From NCBI RefSeq assembly GCF_963853765.1, contig NC_088854.1, positions 3,100,001-3,164,000 on the forward strand: a stretch of DNA of 64,000 nt, read 5' to 3'. The DNA comes from Magallana gigas. Its lineage: Eukaryota. A model generated the notes under the pieces. It was not told the origin of the DNA and searched no databases. It worked only from the letters and a program-made list of their open reading frames with translations. Of the stretch, positions 62,760-64,000 are shown piece after piece; the stretch's first letter is position 1; each line of letters opens with the position of its first letter. Both the position numbers and the translations under genes were made by a program.

Positions 62760-64000
62760 CTATAATACAGAATACATGTACATCATTTTTCCTTATTCAA
62801 TTGGTTTTAAGGTAAACTACAGAAAAGGCTCATAAAAATATCTAATACCATAAAAATTGACTAATATATAAATGCAGAAGACATCAAAATCCATTTGTAG
62901 CTAGTCTTCAGCCAAATAAAATTTACTGCAAACCCTCTTTCTCTAAAAACTGCGTGAGCAATCTTGCAAAAGTGTGTCTATGCACTGTAGCCAGTCATTG
63001 ATATCTGTGCACTACTTTGTGAAAGGGGTGACTTCTTTGTGCAAATAAAGATTTAGAAAAATGTAAACAATAAACGGCCACGGAATGAGGGGATATAAAT
63101 TACCCTGTCAAGAGCTTTGTGGGGGGACTTGAGACACCAGCCGGGATCCACCTATGGTGGGCGTTAGCTGTCGCCGCTGTGCTGTCAGGGTTTAATAATC
63201 ATCCCAAAAAATTCCACAACAACTGGTGCACAATTTGGTATTTAGATATAAAAAAGAACTCTGTTCAGGAATAGTCACGCAACCAACAAACAAATCTTGA
63301 CCTAATTTAAAGGAATCCCTTACCCCTGTATTTCTTGGGTGGGCGTTGGGTGACAGGGTGTTTTAATAAACTGATAAACTTCAAAAGGACTGTGCTTTAT
63401 GATTATATGCTCCTAATAAAAATAATGGATAGCAGTGAAAATATTGTAAAACACTTCAGCTCCTTAAAAATAACTGCTAAACAGTCCTACATGTACATAT
63501 GTGAGCTGCATGCATCAAAGATAGCATTGTTGAACACTACAGATAGTAACTAGCCTACACAATATTTCAATGACATATCATGATGCAAATGAATGAGAAT
63601 AAATGTGTTAGCATGTGGAAAGCCTGAAGCGCTGGATTTAGGGGTCACAACTAGGAGACTATGGATCTGAATGGTGGTGAGACTTAATGTATAACCCCAA
63701 AATGAGGAAGAAAAGAGCAGTACGTAATGAAGATACGAATGTTTTCTTTACCTTCCTTTTTTAAAATTTAAATACACAAACAAGATTCTGAACTTTTTAG
63801 GAAGGTAACATGATGCCAGCACATTTCAGATGCCAAAGGTTCTATAAAACTGTTGACAAGGTTGAATTTTCCCAGACACATTACACACCTACTCACAAAC
63901 AGGTCCTGAACCTCTGCATTGGTAGGACAGGAATGGGGCTCATTAGCATGTCAACAGATCTTTATGTTGCATAAATTACCCATAGCTCAGTCTGCAACCA

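Noticed and set aside
63100-64000. Further exons upstream of the acidic terminal exon
   Set aside because: Several AG/GT-bounded candidates exist, but no single consistent, recognisable reading frame could be assembled.

Overview
This is AT-rich, intron-containing animal DNA. The gene set and repeat types suggest a bivalve mollusc, probably an oyster (inference). Four multi-exon genes were rebuilt by hand with GT-AG boundaries and consistent frames: a NOS1AP/CAPON-like PTB adaptor (minus strand, 3' end outside the window), CDK9 (minus, 401 aa), STEEP1/CXorf56 (plus, 210 aa, head-to-head with CDK9 across 251 bp), and a protostome-type cytoplasmic intermediate filament with a lamin-tail domain (minus, about 618 aa). 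A fifth gene encodes an uncharacterised secreted 752-aa protein with clan GH-D-like glycosidase motifs (plus, 17 exons). A probable acidic terminal exon lies near the right edge. Repeats include a Tc1/mariner-type MITE, an internally deleted hAT element, fold-back elements, a TIR MITE pair, minisatellites and (GA)n tracts. The most striking pattern is that several minisatellites are tandem copies of a gene's own splice junction. These are a 4.7-kb 29-bp array of the exon 6 donor, a 36-bp array resembling the exon 7 acceptor and a 34-bp array of the exon 12 donor in the glycosidase-like gene, plus an eroded 29-bp array of the NOS1AP exon 1 donor. Most ORF-track entries are spurious, especially those at 31.2-37.0 kb. 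No rRNA, intact tRNA or CRISPR array was seen. No database searches were run, so novelty statements are untested.
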